Assembly (NCBI GenBank): GCA_039028615.1
Contig: JBCCHT010000016.1
Location: 64,001 to 128,000, forward strand
DNA: 64,000 bases
Origin: Myxococcota bacterium
GTDB taxonomy: Bacteria > Myxococcota_A > Polyangia > Nannocystales > Nannocystaceae
Reading direction: 5' to 3'
Positions 28,923-38,874 of the stretch are shown piece after piece; within the stretch, counting starts at the first letter, position 1, and every line of letters begins with the position of its first letter. The notes beneath the pieces are model-generated. The model saw only the letters and a program-made list of their open reading frames with translations, was not told the DNA's origin and did not search any database. The position numbers and the translations under genes were made by a program.

Positions 28923-31130
28923 ATGACCGAGTTCAATCCACCCAACCGACGTCGCACCGATGGCGACGATCTGGTCGAGCTCACCTCCACGAGCTCGGGG
29001 TCGGCTTCGCATGCCCGGCGTCATGTTCCGCCCGAGCCCGAGCGACGATCGCTTCGCCTGCTCATGGTGGGGTCCAAGCCGGAGGACCACAAACGCATCG
29101 TCGAGATGATGCGCAAGGTCGGCAGCCCGCTGGTGTCCGTGGACCACGCGGCCGACGATGCATTGGCCGTCGAGGCCTTGCGTTCGGCGCACTACGACGC
29201 GGTCATCTATCTCGATCGCGAAGATCGACAGAGCTGGTCCCGCTTCGTTCGCGACCGCCGAATCCCCCAGCTTCCCATCCTCTACGTCGACCACGACGGC
29301 CGCCCCATGACCCGGGCCCTGCGACGCTCGCAGGCGCTGCACGAGGGCGCGGCGGTCTACCTCGTCGACGAGGAACTCACCGGGCCTTTGCTCGAGACGG
29401 CCATCCACGGCGCGCTCGAGCACGCCCGGCTACAAAAGGCGATCAACGAGGTCCAGGAGCGCTTCGCCCTGGCCGTACGCGGCTCCAACGACGGCGTGTG
29501 GGAGTGGATGCTCGACTCGGGCGAGATGCACTTCTCTCGGCGCTGGCGCGAGCTGCTGGGCTACGGCGTCGATGAGCTCAAGGGCTCGGCCGAGGAGTGG
29601 TTCGACCGCGTGCACCCGGCCGACCTCATGGGGCTGCGGGCCGACCTCGACAACCACCTGGCGGGGCACAAGGCCTTCCACGAGTTCGAGCATCGCCTGC
29701 GGGCCAGCGACGGCACCTACCGCTGGGTCATCAGCCGCGGCGTGGTCCAGCGCGATGCCGACGGCAGCCCCGTGCGCATGGCGGGCTCGCTCACCGACAC
29801 CTCGAACTATCGGCTGCGCGAGCAGAAGCTGCTCGAAGAGAGCCGCCAGGACCCGCTCACCAACCTCCCGCGCCGCGAGCCCTTCCTCGAGCGCCTGCGC
29901 AACGCCATCGACCTGGCCAACGCCTACGACGACTACTCGTTCACGGTGATGATGGTCGACGTCGATCGCTTCCGCTGGCTGGCCGACAGCATCGGCCATA
30001 GGGCGGCGGAGACGATGCTGTCGATCCTGGCCCGGCGCCTGGTCGCCAGCGTGCGCCCCGGAGACACCGTCAGCCGCTTCGGCGGGGACAAGTTCGCGGT
30101 GCTGCTCGAGAACGTCGACGACCTCGAGCAGGGGGCGCTCATCGCCGAGCGGATCCGTCGCTCGGTCAGCGAGCCCTTCGAGGTCGAAGGCCAGACCGTC
30201 TACACCACGGTGAGCATCGGCCTGACCACAAGCCGCCGCGGGTACCAGGACGCCGAGGACGTCATCAACGACGTCGGCGCGGCCGCGCACAGTGCCAAGG
30301 AAGACGGCCACGACCGCCTGCGGATCTTCGAGACCAAGATGCGCGACGACGCCTTGTCGAGCCTGCGCATGGAGGTCGCGCTGCGCCAGGCGGTCGAGCG
30401 CAACGAGTTCGAGCTTCGCTACCAGCCCATCGTGGCGCTCAGCTCGGGCAAGCTCGCCGGGTTCGAGGCGCTGGTCCGCTGGCGTCACCCTCGACGCGAC
30501 CTGGTCAGCCCCGCCGAGTTCATTCCCATCGCCGAGCAGACCGGGCTCATCGTGCCGCTGGGGCGCTGGGTGCTGCGCGAGGCGGTACGACAGCTGGCCG
30601 ACTGGACCGCGATGCTGCCCAAGGGGCGCCGCCTCACCATGGCGGTGAACCTCAGCGGCCGCCAGGTGGCCGACCCGCGGCTGCTCGAAGAAATCTACTC
30701 GCTCGTCGACGAGCACCAGCTCGGCAAGGGGGCGCTCAAGCTCGAGCTCACCGAGAGCGTGCTGGTGAAGAACGCCGACGTCGTGCAGCGCTTCATCACC
30801 GATCTCAAGACCCGGGGCGTGCACCTGTGGGTCGACGACTTCGGCACCGGCTACTCGTCGCTGAGCTACCTGCACCGATTCCCCGTCGACGGGCTGAAGA
30901 TCGACAAGGCCTTCATCGACGCGCTCGACGGCTCCGACAAGAGCGCGGCCATGGTCCGCACCATCCTCAGCCTCGCCCAGAACCTCGAGGTCGAGGCCAT
31001 CGCCGAGGGCATCGAAGAGCACGTGCAGGCCGACCAGCTGCGCTCGTTGGGCTGCGTGTCGGGGCAGGGCTACTTGTTCAGTAAGCCGATCCCCGCCACC
31101 GAGGTCGAGACGCTCCTCGCCGAAGGCTGA
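28923..31130 (+). CDS. REC-like/PAS/GGDEF/EAL c-di-GMP signalling protein
   Basis: PAS 'GVWEW...HPAD', GGDKF (degenerate GGDEF), FEALVRW, DDFGTGYSS, AEGIE, QGYLFS. Confidence 0.93.
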   Translation: MTEFNPPNRRRTDGDDLVELTSTSSGSASHARRHVPPEPERRSLRLLMVGSKPEDHKRIVEMMRKVGSPLVSVDHAADDALAVEALRSAHYDAVIYLDREDRQSWSRFVRDRRIPQLPILYVDHDGRPMTRALRRSQALHEGAAVYLVDEELTGPLLETAIHGALEHARLQKAINEVQERFALAVRGSNDGVWEWMLDSGEMHFSRRWRELLGYGVDELKGSAEEWFDRVHPADLMGLRADLDNHLAGHKAFHEFEHRLRASDGTYRWVISRGVVQRDADGSPVRMAGSLTDTSNYRLREQKLLEESRQDPLTNLPRREPFLERLRNAIDLANAYDDYSFTVMMVDVDRFRWLADSIGHRAAETMLSILARRLVASVRPGDTVSRFGGDKFAVLLENVDDLEQGALIAERIRRSVSEPFEVEGQTVYTTVSIGLTTSRRGYQDAEDVINDVGAAAHSAKEDGHDRLRIFETKMRDDALSSLRMEVALRQAVERNEFELRYQPIVALSSGKLAGFEALVRWRHPRRDLVSPAEFIPIAEQTGLIVPLGRWVLREAVRQLADWTAMLPKGRRLTMAVNLSGRQVADPRLLEEIYSLVDEHQLGKGALKLELTESVLVKNADVVQRFITDLKTRGVHLWVDDFGTGYSSLSYLHRFPVDGLKIDKAFIDALDGSDKSAAMVRTILSLAQNLEVEAIAEGIEEHVQADQLRSLGCVSGQGYLFSKPIPATEVETLLAEG

Positions 31131-31229
31131 TCGCTCGCCGGTCGCCACCGAAGGCTCGTGGCTCGGCGGGCCTGCGCTCGTTGTGCCTTGACATCCCGGG
31201 GCGGTGGCAGAAGATCGATCGAGGTGGGG

Positions 31230-34124
31230 GTGAACGCGAAGCGAGGGCGGGCGGTCGATGACGCCGAGACCATCGACTCGCTGACCACACGGCGCGATGG
31301 TACCGAGCCGGCCTCCCCCGCAGTCGACCCGGTGAATCGGCTTCGAATCGGGCGCTACGTCGTCCTCGCCGTCCACGGCCGCGGGGGCGCAGGGACGGTC
31401 TACGCGGCCTACGACGATCGGCTCGATCGCAAGGTGGCGCTCAAGGTGCTCCAGCCCGGGCGACGCGGCGACGAGGACGAGCAGGCCCGGCTGTGGCGCG
31501 AAGCCCAGGCGATGGCCCAGCTGTCCCATCCCAACGTGGTGACGGTGCACGAAGTCGGGCGCGACGCCGACGGGGTGTTCGTGGCTATGGAGTTTCTGTC
31601 CGGCGAGTCCCTCAATACCTGGCGTAGGAGCGCGAAGCCGGAGCCGCAGCAGGTGCTCGACGTCTACGTGCGGGCGGGGCAGGGCCTGGCGGCCGCGCAT
31701 GCGGTGGGGCTCATCCACCGTGACTTCAAGCCGCACAACGTGGTGCGGACCGACGATGGGGCGGTGAAGGTCCTCGACTTCGGGCTGGCCCGTACCGCGA
31801 CCGAGACCTCGCTCGATGGCACCAACCCGAGGGACATGTCGCTGTCGCTGGCCTCGTCGCTCACGCGCTCGGGGTTGGTCGCGGGGACGCCCGCCTATAT
31901 GTCGCCCGAGCAGCACGAAGGCGGGCTGATCGATGAGCGCTCCGACCAGTACTCGTTCTGCCTGTCGCTGTGGGAGGGGCTGTGTGGGACGCGGCCCTTC
32001 GTCGAGGGCGACGAGCGCTCGCTATGGGACGCCAAGCGGCAAGGCCCGCCGCCTTGGCCCACGGGGAGCGCTCGGGTGCCCCGCGCCGTGGTCACCGCGA
32101 TCCGACGCGGGCTGGCGGTGGACCCCAACGAGCGCTGGCCATCGATGCACGACCTGCTCGCCGAGCTTGCTTGGGACCCGCGGCGTCGTCGGCAGCGCTG
32201 GGTGCTGGGTATCGTGGGTGGGGGCGTCGTGGCGCTCGGCGGCGCGGCGTCGTGGTCGTGGGCGCAGGCGAGGGCCGAGCGCTGCTCGGGGGCCTCCGCT
32301 CACCTCCAAGGGGTCTGGGACGACGAGCGCCGCGCTGAGGTCGAGGCCGCGATCCTGGGGATCGAGCGCCCCTACGCGGGGTCCGTGTGGCAGCAGACCG
32401 AGGGGGCCCTGTCGAGCTACGCAGGGGAGTGGGCGACGGCCCACACCGAGGCATGCGAGGCCACGACCATTCGTCGAGAGCAGAGCGCCGCGGCGATGGA
32501 GCTGCAGATGCGCTGTCTCGACCGCGCCCGGGTGGAGCTGCGAGCGACCGTCGACACGCTATCCGGTGCGGACGAAGGGGTGGTGCGTCGAGCCCATCAG
32601 CTGACGGGCGGGCTGCAGCCCTTGGCTCGTTGTGGCGACGTCGAGCGGCTACGCGAGCAGGAGGAGCATGGGCCGCCACCGCTCGCGGAGGAGGCCGAGG
32701 CGGTGGAGGAGGGCCGACGTCATCTGGCGGACGCGCGCTCGCTGATCCGAGGCGGCCTGTTCGACGCTTCGCAACGCTCGCTCGAAGAGGCCCGCGTCGC
32801 CCTGTCGGAGGTCGAGTACGTGCCCGTACGCGTGGAGCAGCAGCTGGCCGAGGGCGCGCAGTTCGAGGCGAAGGGCGACTACGCCGAGGCGGAAGCGGCA
32901 TTCGTGAGCGCACTCGAGCTGGGGTTGGGGCAGAACCTCCGCACGCCCGCCGCCAACGCAGCCATGAAGCTGATGTACGTGCTGTCGGCCGGCCATCGAC
33001 GCGCCGACGAAGCGCTTCGCTATTGGTCGCTCGTGCAGGGGTTGGTCGCCGGAGACGACTCCATGGAGATGGCCGCTCGGGGCTCCTACGCCATGCTGTC
33101 GCACACGCGGGGCGACTATGAGGCCGCGGAGGCGGAATTCCGGGCCGTGTACGAGTACTACCTGGACTCGCACGGGCCCCAGCATCACACCGTCGCCCGA
33201 GTGCAGCTCAACATCGCCAATGCGCTCTACGGTCGCGGTCGGCTCGAGGAGTCCGCCGCGGTGAGCCGAGCCTCGCTGGCCGCCTTCGTGGCCGCGCTGG
33301 GACCCCAGCACCCCAACGTCGCGGCGGCTCGACTGAACCTCGCGACGACGCTCGGCGATCTCGGTCACTTGGACGAGGCGGAGGCGGAGGCCCGAGCTGG
33401 TCTGGTCGCCCTCGAGGCGGCGCAGGGGGCCGAGCATCCCGATCTCGCCATGGTGCGGCTGAACCTCGCGAACCTCCTCGACCGCCAAGGACGGTCGCAG
33501 GAGGCGGACGAGGAGAACCGACGCGCTCTCGAGCTGTTCGAGAAGACGCTCGGGCCCGAGCACCCGAACGTGGCCACGCTGCGCCTGAACATCGCCGCCA
33601 AGTACGAGCGCGAGGATCGCTTCGACGAGGCCGAGCCGCTGATTCGCTCCGCGCTCGCGATCTTCGAACGGACGCTGGGCCCCGATCATCCCAACCTGGC
33701 CGTGCCCTACAACAACCTCGGCGCGGTGCTCGAGGGACGGGGGCAAGACGACGAGGCGGAGGTCGAGTACCGAGCCGCGGTCGAGCTGCGCGCGAGGGTG
33801 CTGGATGCCGACCACCCCAAGCTGGCGCGCTCGCGCTACGTGCTGGCGCGCTTCCTGCTGAAGCGCGGCGGCATCGTCGAGGCCTTGCCGCTGGCGGAAC
33901 AGGCCTGGGCTCGCCTTCGCCAGCCCGACAGCTCGGTGGAGGCACGGTCCAAGTGCGCCTTCGTGCTGGCTCGCTTGCTGTGGGCCCACGAAGCACCGCA
34001 GCGCGACCGGCAGCGGGCGCGCGAGCTGGCCGCGGCCACGGCGAAGCAGCTCCGCGCGTCGGGGGAAGACCACGCCGAGCTGCTCCGCGACGTGGAGCAG
34101 TGGATCACCGCGCACCCTCGATGA
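31230..34124 (+). CDS. Ser/Thr protein kinase with TM segment and TPR repeats
   Basis: VALKVL, HRDFKPHN, DFGLAR, GTPAYMSPE; TPR 'GPEHPNVA..RLN' units. Paralog of 826-3912. Confidence 0.95.
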   Translation: MNAKRGRAVDDAETIDSLTTRRDGTEPASPAVDPVNRLRIGRYVVLAVHGRGGAGTVYAAYDDRLDRKVALKVLQPGRRGDEDEQARLWREAQAMAQLSHPNVVTVHEVGRDADGVFVAMEFLSGESLNTWRRSAKPEPQQVLDVYVRAGQGLAAAHAVGLIHRDFKPHNVVRTDDGAVKVLDFGLARTATETSLDGTNPRDMSLSLASSLTRSGLVAGTPAYMSPEQHEGGLIDERSDQYSFCLSLWEGLCGTRPFVEGDERSLWDAKRQGPPPWPTGSARVPRAVVTAIRRGLAVDPNERWPSMHDLLAELAWDPRRRRQRWVLGIVGGGVVALGGAASWSWAQARAERCSGASAHLQGVWDDERRAEVEAAILGIERPYAGSVWQQTEGALSSYAGEWATAHTEACEATTIRREQSAAAMELQMRCLDRARVELRATVDTLSGADEGVVRRAHQLTGGLQPLARCGDVERLREQEEHGPPPLAEEAEAVEEGRRHLADARSLIRGGLFDASQRSLEEARVALSEVEYVPVRVEQQLAEGAQFEAKGDYAEAEAAFVSALELGLGQNLRTPAANAAMKLMYVLSAGHRRADEALRYWSLVQGLVAGDDSMEMAARGSYAMLSHTRGDYEAAEAEFRAVYEYYLDSHGPQHHTVARVQLNIANALYGRGRLEESAAVSRASLAAFVAALGPQHPNVAAARLNLATTLGDLGHLDEAEAEARAGLVALEAAQGAEHPDLAMVRLNLANLLDRQGRSQEADEENRRALELFEKTLGPEHPNVATLRLNIAAKYEREDRFDEAEPLIRSALAIFERTLGPDHPNLAVPYNNLGAVLEGRGQDDEAEVEYRAAVELRARVLDADHPKLARSRYVLARFLLKRGGIVEALPLAEQAWARLRQPDSSVEARSKCAFVLARLLWAHEAPQRDRQRARELAAATAKQLRASGEDHAELLRDVEQWITAHPR

Positions 34125-34129
34125 GGCCG

Positions 34130-34810
34130 CTACTCGCCCGCGGTGGCCCGGATATAGTCCTGGAGCGTCACCGGGGACACCAGCTCGAAGGTCGACTTGA
34201 GCGGCCGGATGGTGGAGATGCGATCGATCCGAAAGTTGCGGAAGTCTTCCCGCAGCTCGCACCACGCTCCCACCGTCCAGGTGCTGCCCCAGAAATACAG
34301 CCCCAGCGGACGTAGGGTGCGGCGCGTGGCCTTGCCCTCTCGATCGAGATAGCGAAGGCTCACCCGCCGCCGCTCGTCGATGCAGGTCCGCATGGTGCCC
34401 AGTCGCTTGCGAAACTCGGGGGGCACGCGGAACGACAGCGAGAACAGGGCGGTGTTGTTGATGCGCCCCCGCTCGGCCTCGGGCAGGGCCGCCTCGACCT
34501 TCTCGAGCACGCTCTGGGCGGCGCGCTGGAGCTCTTCATCGGCCCAGCTCTCGACCATGCGAGCGCCCAGGACCAGGGCTTGGATTTCATTGACGGAGAA
34601 CATCAGCGGAGGGAGCTCGAAGTCCTTGCCGAGGCGGTAGCCCACCCCGGCTTCGCCCTGAATGGGCACTCCCGAGAGGCTGAGGTCCCGTATGTCGCGG
34701 TAGACGGTGCGCTCCGAGACCTGCAGCCGCTCGGCGATCCTCGCCGCCGTGGTGATCCGGCGATGCTGGAGGATCTGGACGATCTGGAAGAGTCGGTCAG
34801 CCCGTCGCAT
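34130..34810 (-). CDS. YafY-family HTH-WYL transcriptional regulator
   Basis: MRRADRLFQIVQIL, VSERTVYRDI, GEAGVGY, W...AWCELREDFRNFRIDRI. Confidence 0.95.
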   Translation of the reverse strand: MRRADRLFQIVQILQHRRITTAARIAERLQVSERTVYRDIRDLSLSGVPIQGEAGVGYRLGKDFELPPLMFSVNEIQALVLGARMVESWADEELQRAAQSVLEKVEAALPEAERGRINNTALFSLSFRVPPEFRKRLGTMRTCIDERRRVSLRYLDREGKATRRTLRPLGLYFWGSTWTVGAWCELREDFRNFRIDRISTIRPLKSTFELVSPVTLQDYIRATAGE

Positions 34811-35207
34811 CCGCGATCGAACTTTGGGCGGATTCGTGGAAGAAGTCCAGGATCACCCCGTTGGGGTCGACCGCGGTGAAGCTGCGCCAGCCCCAGGGTT
34901 TGTCGCTGGGCTCGGACAGGATCTGCGCGCCGTGGCCTCGCATGGCCTGGTGTTTGTCGTCGGCGTCCTTGGTGGGGACGCTGACGATCAGCCCCTGGCC
35001 TCCGAAGGGCACCGTCGGGCCCATGGGCGTGTCGCCGCTGGGGCGCATGAACGCCAGCTCTGGTCGCGCCTCGTCGTCTCCGTAGCGGACCTGCAGGTAG
35101 TTGTCGTTCTCGAAGGTCACGACGAACCCCGCCTTGCCCGTGTAGTACGCCTTGGTCTCGTCGAGCTTGTCGGTGATGACCAGGGGAAAGAGCTTGTTCG
35201 GATTCAT
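34797..35207 (-). CDS. VOC/glyoxalase family protein
   Basis: 'KAYYT..AGF', 'PWGWRSFTAVDPNG'; overlaps the WYL gene start. Confidence 0.9.
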   Translation of the reverse strand: MNPNKLFPLVITDKLDETKAYYTGKAGFVVTFENDNYLQVRYGDDEARPELAFMRPSGDTPMGPTVPFGGQGLIVSVPTKDADDKHQAMRGHGAQILSEPSDKPWGWRSFTAVDPNGVILDFFHESAQSSIADATG

Positions 35208-35228
35208 GCCGAGCACCCTAGTGAACCC

Positions 35229-35295
35229 CTCCTGCCACCGGTGTGTCACCAGGGCCCGCGCCCCCCGGGGACTCCTGTCAGCGTTGTGTCAGGAG
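35229..35295. promoter_or_regulatory. Two near-palindromic sites, candidate WYL-regulator operators
   Basis: CTCCTGCCA-N6-TGTCACCAG (35229-35252) and CTCCTGTCA-N6-TGTCAGGAG (35272-35295). Confidence 0.55.
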
Positions 35296-35311
35296 GGCCC
35301 GCGACGGGCCT

Positions 35312-35358
35312 TCGAAAAGCAAAACCCCCGGAGTCTCGCGAGCGAGTCCCCAGGGGTC
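35312..35358 (-). terminator. Intrinsic terminator after the 35387-37063 gene
   Basis: Minus-strand GC hairpin (ACCCCTGGGGACTCGC...GCGAGACTCCGGGGGT) followed by TTTGCTTTT. Confidence 0.7.
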
Positions 35359-35386
35359 TGCGGCGTGAAGGCCGATGCGTCCCGGC

Positions 35387-37063
35387 TCAGAAGGTGACCG
35401 GGAAGTCCGTGCCCTGCTGCGCGCTCAGGAAGCGCGGGAAGGTGGCCTTGGACAGCTTGTCGGCCACGCACTGGCCCAGCGCATTGTTGTGCGGAGCCTT
35501 GGGCTCGGCCGACATGACCTTGCCGCTGTCGCCCTCGATGGAGAGCTTCACGTGCACGATCTCGCCGGGGCTCGCCCCGTGCTGCGCACAGCCACTCTTG
35601 GCCTTGCCCTTGGCCGAGCGCAGGGCCTTGCGGATCTGCGACTGGCTGAGCTTGTCGGGCAGGGTGGCGTCGAGGTCCTTGAGGCCCGGGCCGCCGCCCT
35701 TCTTGCCGACACAGCCCGGCGCGTTCGGGTTGAACACGCAGTTGGCCTTGCCGCCCTCGAAGGGATCGGGTCCGCCCTTGTCGTCCTCGCTGTAGTCGCC
35801 GTAGGGGGCACCCGCGCCCTTCTTCTTCTTGCCGCCCTTCCTCTTGGCGCGGGCGACGGTCTGGGTCGCACCCCAGTCGTCGTCGCCCTCGGGCTCCTCG
35901 CCGCCGGTCCCGGTCCCAGTGCCGGTATCGGAGCCGCTGCCCGAGGAGTCGCCCCCCGTGCTGCTGCCACCCATGACCGGCTCGGGCTCGGGCTCGGGCT
36001 CGGGTGCGGGCGGGGGCGCCGGCTTGGCGGCCACGGCGGGTTCCTTGGTCTCGGCGACCTGGGGCGCGGGCTCGTCGGGCTTTTGCATGGCGAACCAGAC
36101 GATGCCGCCGAGCAGCAGCACCGCGATGGCCACCAGGATGAGCTTGTTGTTGCCGCCCTCTTCGGACTTGCCGGCTGCGGCCGCACCTGCGCCCGCCGTC
36201 GCCGCCGAAGATGCGGCCGCGGCCTTCGCCGACTCGGCCACGGCAGCCGAGCTCGAGCTCGATGCGGCGGCGCCCGCCGACGCGGCGGCGATCGGAGCCA
36301 CGACCACGGCGCCACTGCTGTCGTCGTCGTCGTCGTCGTCGTCGTTGCCCGGGGCGAGCAACGTTCCCAGCGGATCGTCGTTCTGCTCCGCCTCGGCGGC
36401 TTTGACCTTGGCCTGCGCCTTGGCGACCTTGCGCTCGAGCGCTTCGTCTTCGGCGGTGGGCTGCGGTGCCTTGAGGACGGCGTCGATCGGATCGACGTCT
36501 CCCTCGTCGTCGGGCGTGACGATCGAAGTCTTCTTGGCCTCGGCGTTGGCGAGCTTGGCCTTGGCCTCGGCGAGCTTGGCTTGCGCTTCGGCGAGCTTGG
36601 CTGCTGCCTCGGCCTTGGCCAGCTCGGCCTTCACCCGCGCCAGCTCGGACTCCGGGTCGTCGGAGTCGGCCGCCTCGGGGGCGGGCGCAGGCGCTTCGGC
36701 CTTCTTGGCCGGCGGAGGCGGGGGCGGGGGAATCGTGCCCTTGGCTTTCGGCTTGGGGGCCTCGGCCTTCGGGGGGGGCGGTGGTTTGGGCGGAGCCTTG
36801 GGTGCCGCGTCGGCACCTTCGTCCCCCCCGACCATCGCCGCGGCAGCCCCTTGGCTCGGACCTACGCTATCGAGGTCGTCGTCATCGTCGTCGTCGGAGC
36901 CGAAGCCGTCGTCGTCATCGTCTTCGTCACCCAACGCCTCGCCCGCTTCGAGAATGTCCGTGAGGCCGGAGCTTTCCGAGTCGGCATTCTCTTGATTGTC
37001 CTGTTCTGAGCCGGTGTCCATCTGACTTACCTGAGTTGCTTCGCGTTGAGCAGACCGCGCCAC
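35387..37063 (-). CDS. Low-complexity membrane protein with C-terminal AgmX/TonB-C-like domain
   Basis: Acidic/Pro/Ala N-terminal region, coiled coil, one TM, C-terminal 'LSQSQIR...C...V.LSI.G.G.V...LGQCV...ATFP'. Confidence 0.7.
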   Translation of the reverse strand: MARSAQREATQVSQMDTGSEQDNQENADSESSGLTDILEAGEALGDEDDDDDGFGSDDDDDDDLDSVGPSQGAAAAMVGGDEGADAAPKAPPKPPPPPKAEAPKPKAKGTIPPPPPPPAKKAEAPAPAPEAADSDDPESELARVKAELAKAEAAAKLAEAQAKLAEAKAKLANAEAKKTSIVTPDDEGDVDPIDAVLKAPQPTAEDEALERKVAKAQAKVKAAEAEQNDDPLGTLLAPGNDDDDDDDDSSGAVVVAPIAAASAGAAASSSSSAAVAESAKAAAASSAATAGAGAAAAGKSEEGGNNKLILVAIAVLLLGGIVWFAMQKPDEPAPQVAETKEPAVAAKPAPPPAPEPEPEPEPVMGGSSTGGDSSGSGSDTGTGTGTGGEEPEGDDDWGATQTVARAKRKGGKKKKGAGAPYGDYSEDDKGGPDPFEGGKANCVFNPNAPGCVGKKGGGPGLKDLDATLPDKLSQSQIRKALRSAKGKAKSGCAQHGASPGEIVHVKLSIEGDSGKVMSAEPKAPHNNALGQCVADKLSKATFPRFLSAQQGTDFPVTF

Positions 37064-37152
37064 ACTTGCATCAACGACCCTGAGAGTCGTAACGACCCGT
37101 GATCCCTAACCGGTGCCGCGCCCGGGCGCAATTTTGCCGGGCGAAGATGCGC

Positions 37153-38706
37153 TTACGACCCGTCAGCTGTTGGTTTTGTGGGTTTCGGGGCAGTTGAATC
37201 CGTTCCGGGACGGGTACCGGGGCCTACGGATGGAGGCGGAGAACTCGCGGAACCCGCATTTGCCGGCGTCGCGGGGGGTTGTGCGCCGAGGGGAGCGATC
37301 TCCATCGTGGCCGGCGGAGCCTTCGATTCCTCGTCCTCTTCGGGCTCGTCGAGCGCCGACGGAGGCAGCTTGCCGTTGCGGCGCGCCTTGATGGCTTCGA
37401 TCCGACGGCGCCTCATCTCCTCGACTTCTTCGGGGGTCTTGCCCGCGATTTGCTGGGAGAAACCCGCGCCGTACTTCATGCCCATCTCGGCTTGGCCCGT
37501 GGTCAGCTCGCCTCGAATTTGGATGGACCGCGCCTCACGTTCGACCTCGAGTTTTTCGTAGATCGGTTTGACGTTGATGATGAGCCCCAAGTTGCTGCCG
37601 ATGGTCTCCCGCAGGTCCTTGCTCCACCACGTCTGGAACGCACGGGCATCCTCGACGGTGTCGAACTTCGTTCGGATGAGCACCTGGGGGTTCAGGTCGG
37701 ACGAGACGCTGATCTCGAACTCGTCGGGGATCTCGAAGGGCAGGGGGTTTTTGGTGACGTTCTTGCGGACGTCGGCGATGACGATCTGCAGCGCGGCCTT
37801 GGGCTGACGACGAGCGTAGCGACGCAGGTTGACCAGGTTGGCCACGAAGTTGCCCGAGGTCTTGCGCCCGTCCTCGGTGGGCCCCTCGATGATGTTGGGC
37901 AGGAACTCTTCGCGGACGTAGACCGCGATGTTGTCCTCGAGGAACACGAACCAGCGGTTGTCGGGATCGATCGCGTCGGGATCGGCGGGGCGCGGGTTGC
38001 CGCGGAGGAAGCCGCCGTCGTCCACCCACTCGATGACTTCGTTGCGGACCGCAGCCGCTCGCTCGATGCCGCGCTGGGCTTCCTCGCGCGAGACCTTGTA
38101 GTCGACGGCCAGGAAGGTCTGGGTCCAGTCGCGAATGTCGGGACTGGCGATCACGATGTGGTCGAAGTCCTTCAGCGCGTCGAAGCGGCCCTGATCGATG
38201 AGGTACTCGAAGTCCGGCAGCGGAGCCATGATGTCGAGGACGTTCTGCCGCAGCGGATGGCGGCGGAGCTTCCTCGGCACGAGCAGCATGTGGAAGGTGC
38301 TGGTCTCGGGGGCGAGCTTGCTGACGCGGGAGCCCTTGGCGGCGAACTTCTTCGGCTTGGGCTTTTCGGGCTCCGGCTCCGGCTCGGGCGGAGGCTTTTC
38401 CTCTTTGCTGTTCGGGTCCTCCGGCGTGGGAGGGGGCGGGGGTGCTTCCTCCGGCGGCTCGGGCTCGGGCGGCGGCTGTTCGGGCTCCGGCTCCGGCTCC
38501 GGCGTGGGTCCCTTGATGGCGTCGGGGTCGATGAGCTCGACCTCCGTGAACTCGAAGTCGTCGAACTCGGGGATCTCGATGCTCGGTACGCAGCTCATCC
38601 TGAACACGGGCGCGCCCACGATGGCCGTATGCGCCACGAAGGACACACCGAGGGCCAAGCGTTTGCGGAGGCGATCGCGCACGGGTTCGGGGCGGAACGA
38701 TAGCAC
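37153..38706 (-). CDS. Hypothetical protein with N-terminal anchor and Pro/Glu linker
   Basis: 517-aa ORF with protein-like composition; no family recognised. Confidence 0.75.
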   Translation of the reverse strand: MLSFRPEPVRDRLRKRLALGVSFVAHTAIVGAPVFRMSCVPSIEIPEFDDFEFTEVELIDPDAIKGPTPEPEPEPEQPPPEPEPPEEAPPPPPTPEDPNSKEEKPPPEPEPEPEKPKPKKFAAKGSRVSKLAPETSTFHMLLVPRKLRRHPLRQNVLDIMAPLPDFEYLIDQGRFDALKDFDHIVIASPDIRDWTQTFLAVDYKVSREEAQRGIERAAAVRNEVIEWVDDGGFLRGNPRPADPDAIDPDNRWFVFLEDNIAVYVREEFLPNIIEGPTEDGRKTSGNFVANLVNLRRYARRQPKAALQIVIADVRKNVTKNPLPFEIPDEFEISVSSDLNPQVLIRTKFDTVEDARAFQTWWSKDLRETIGSNLGLIINVKPIYEKLEVEREARSIQIRGELTTGQAEMGMKYGAGFSQQIAGKTPEEVEEMRRRRIEAIKARRNGKLPPSALDEPEEDEESKAPPATMEIAPLGAQPPATPANAGSASSPPPSVGPGTRPGTDSTAPKPTKPTADGS

Positions 38707-38874
38707 TCGGGCCCGGGTTCGCGGCGAAGGCCGAACGTGGGCTATCGCGCGGCGTTCGGCCTCTACGGCCGCGTCGAAGGCCGCAGGGCCACCGGTCGAT
38801 CGGTGACCACGACTAGAGCCATCACGGACATCTCGGGCGTGGCGGCGTACGCGAGGGCCGAGTCCCGAGCCGAC

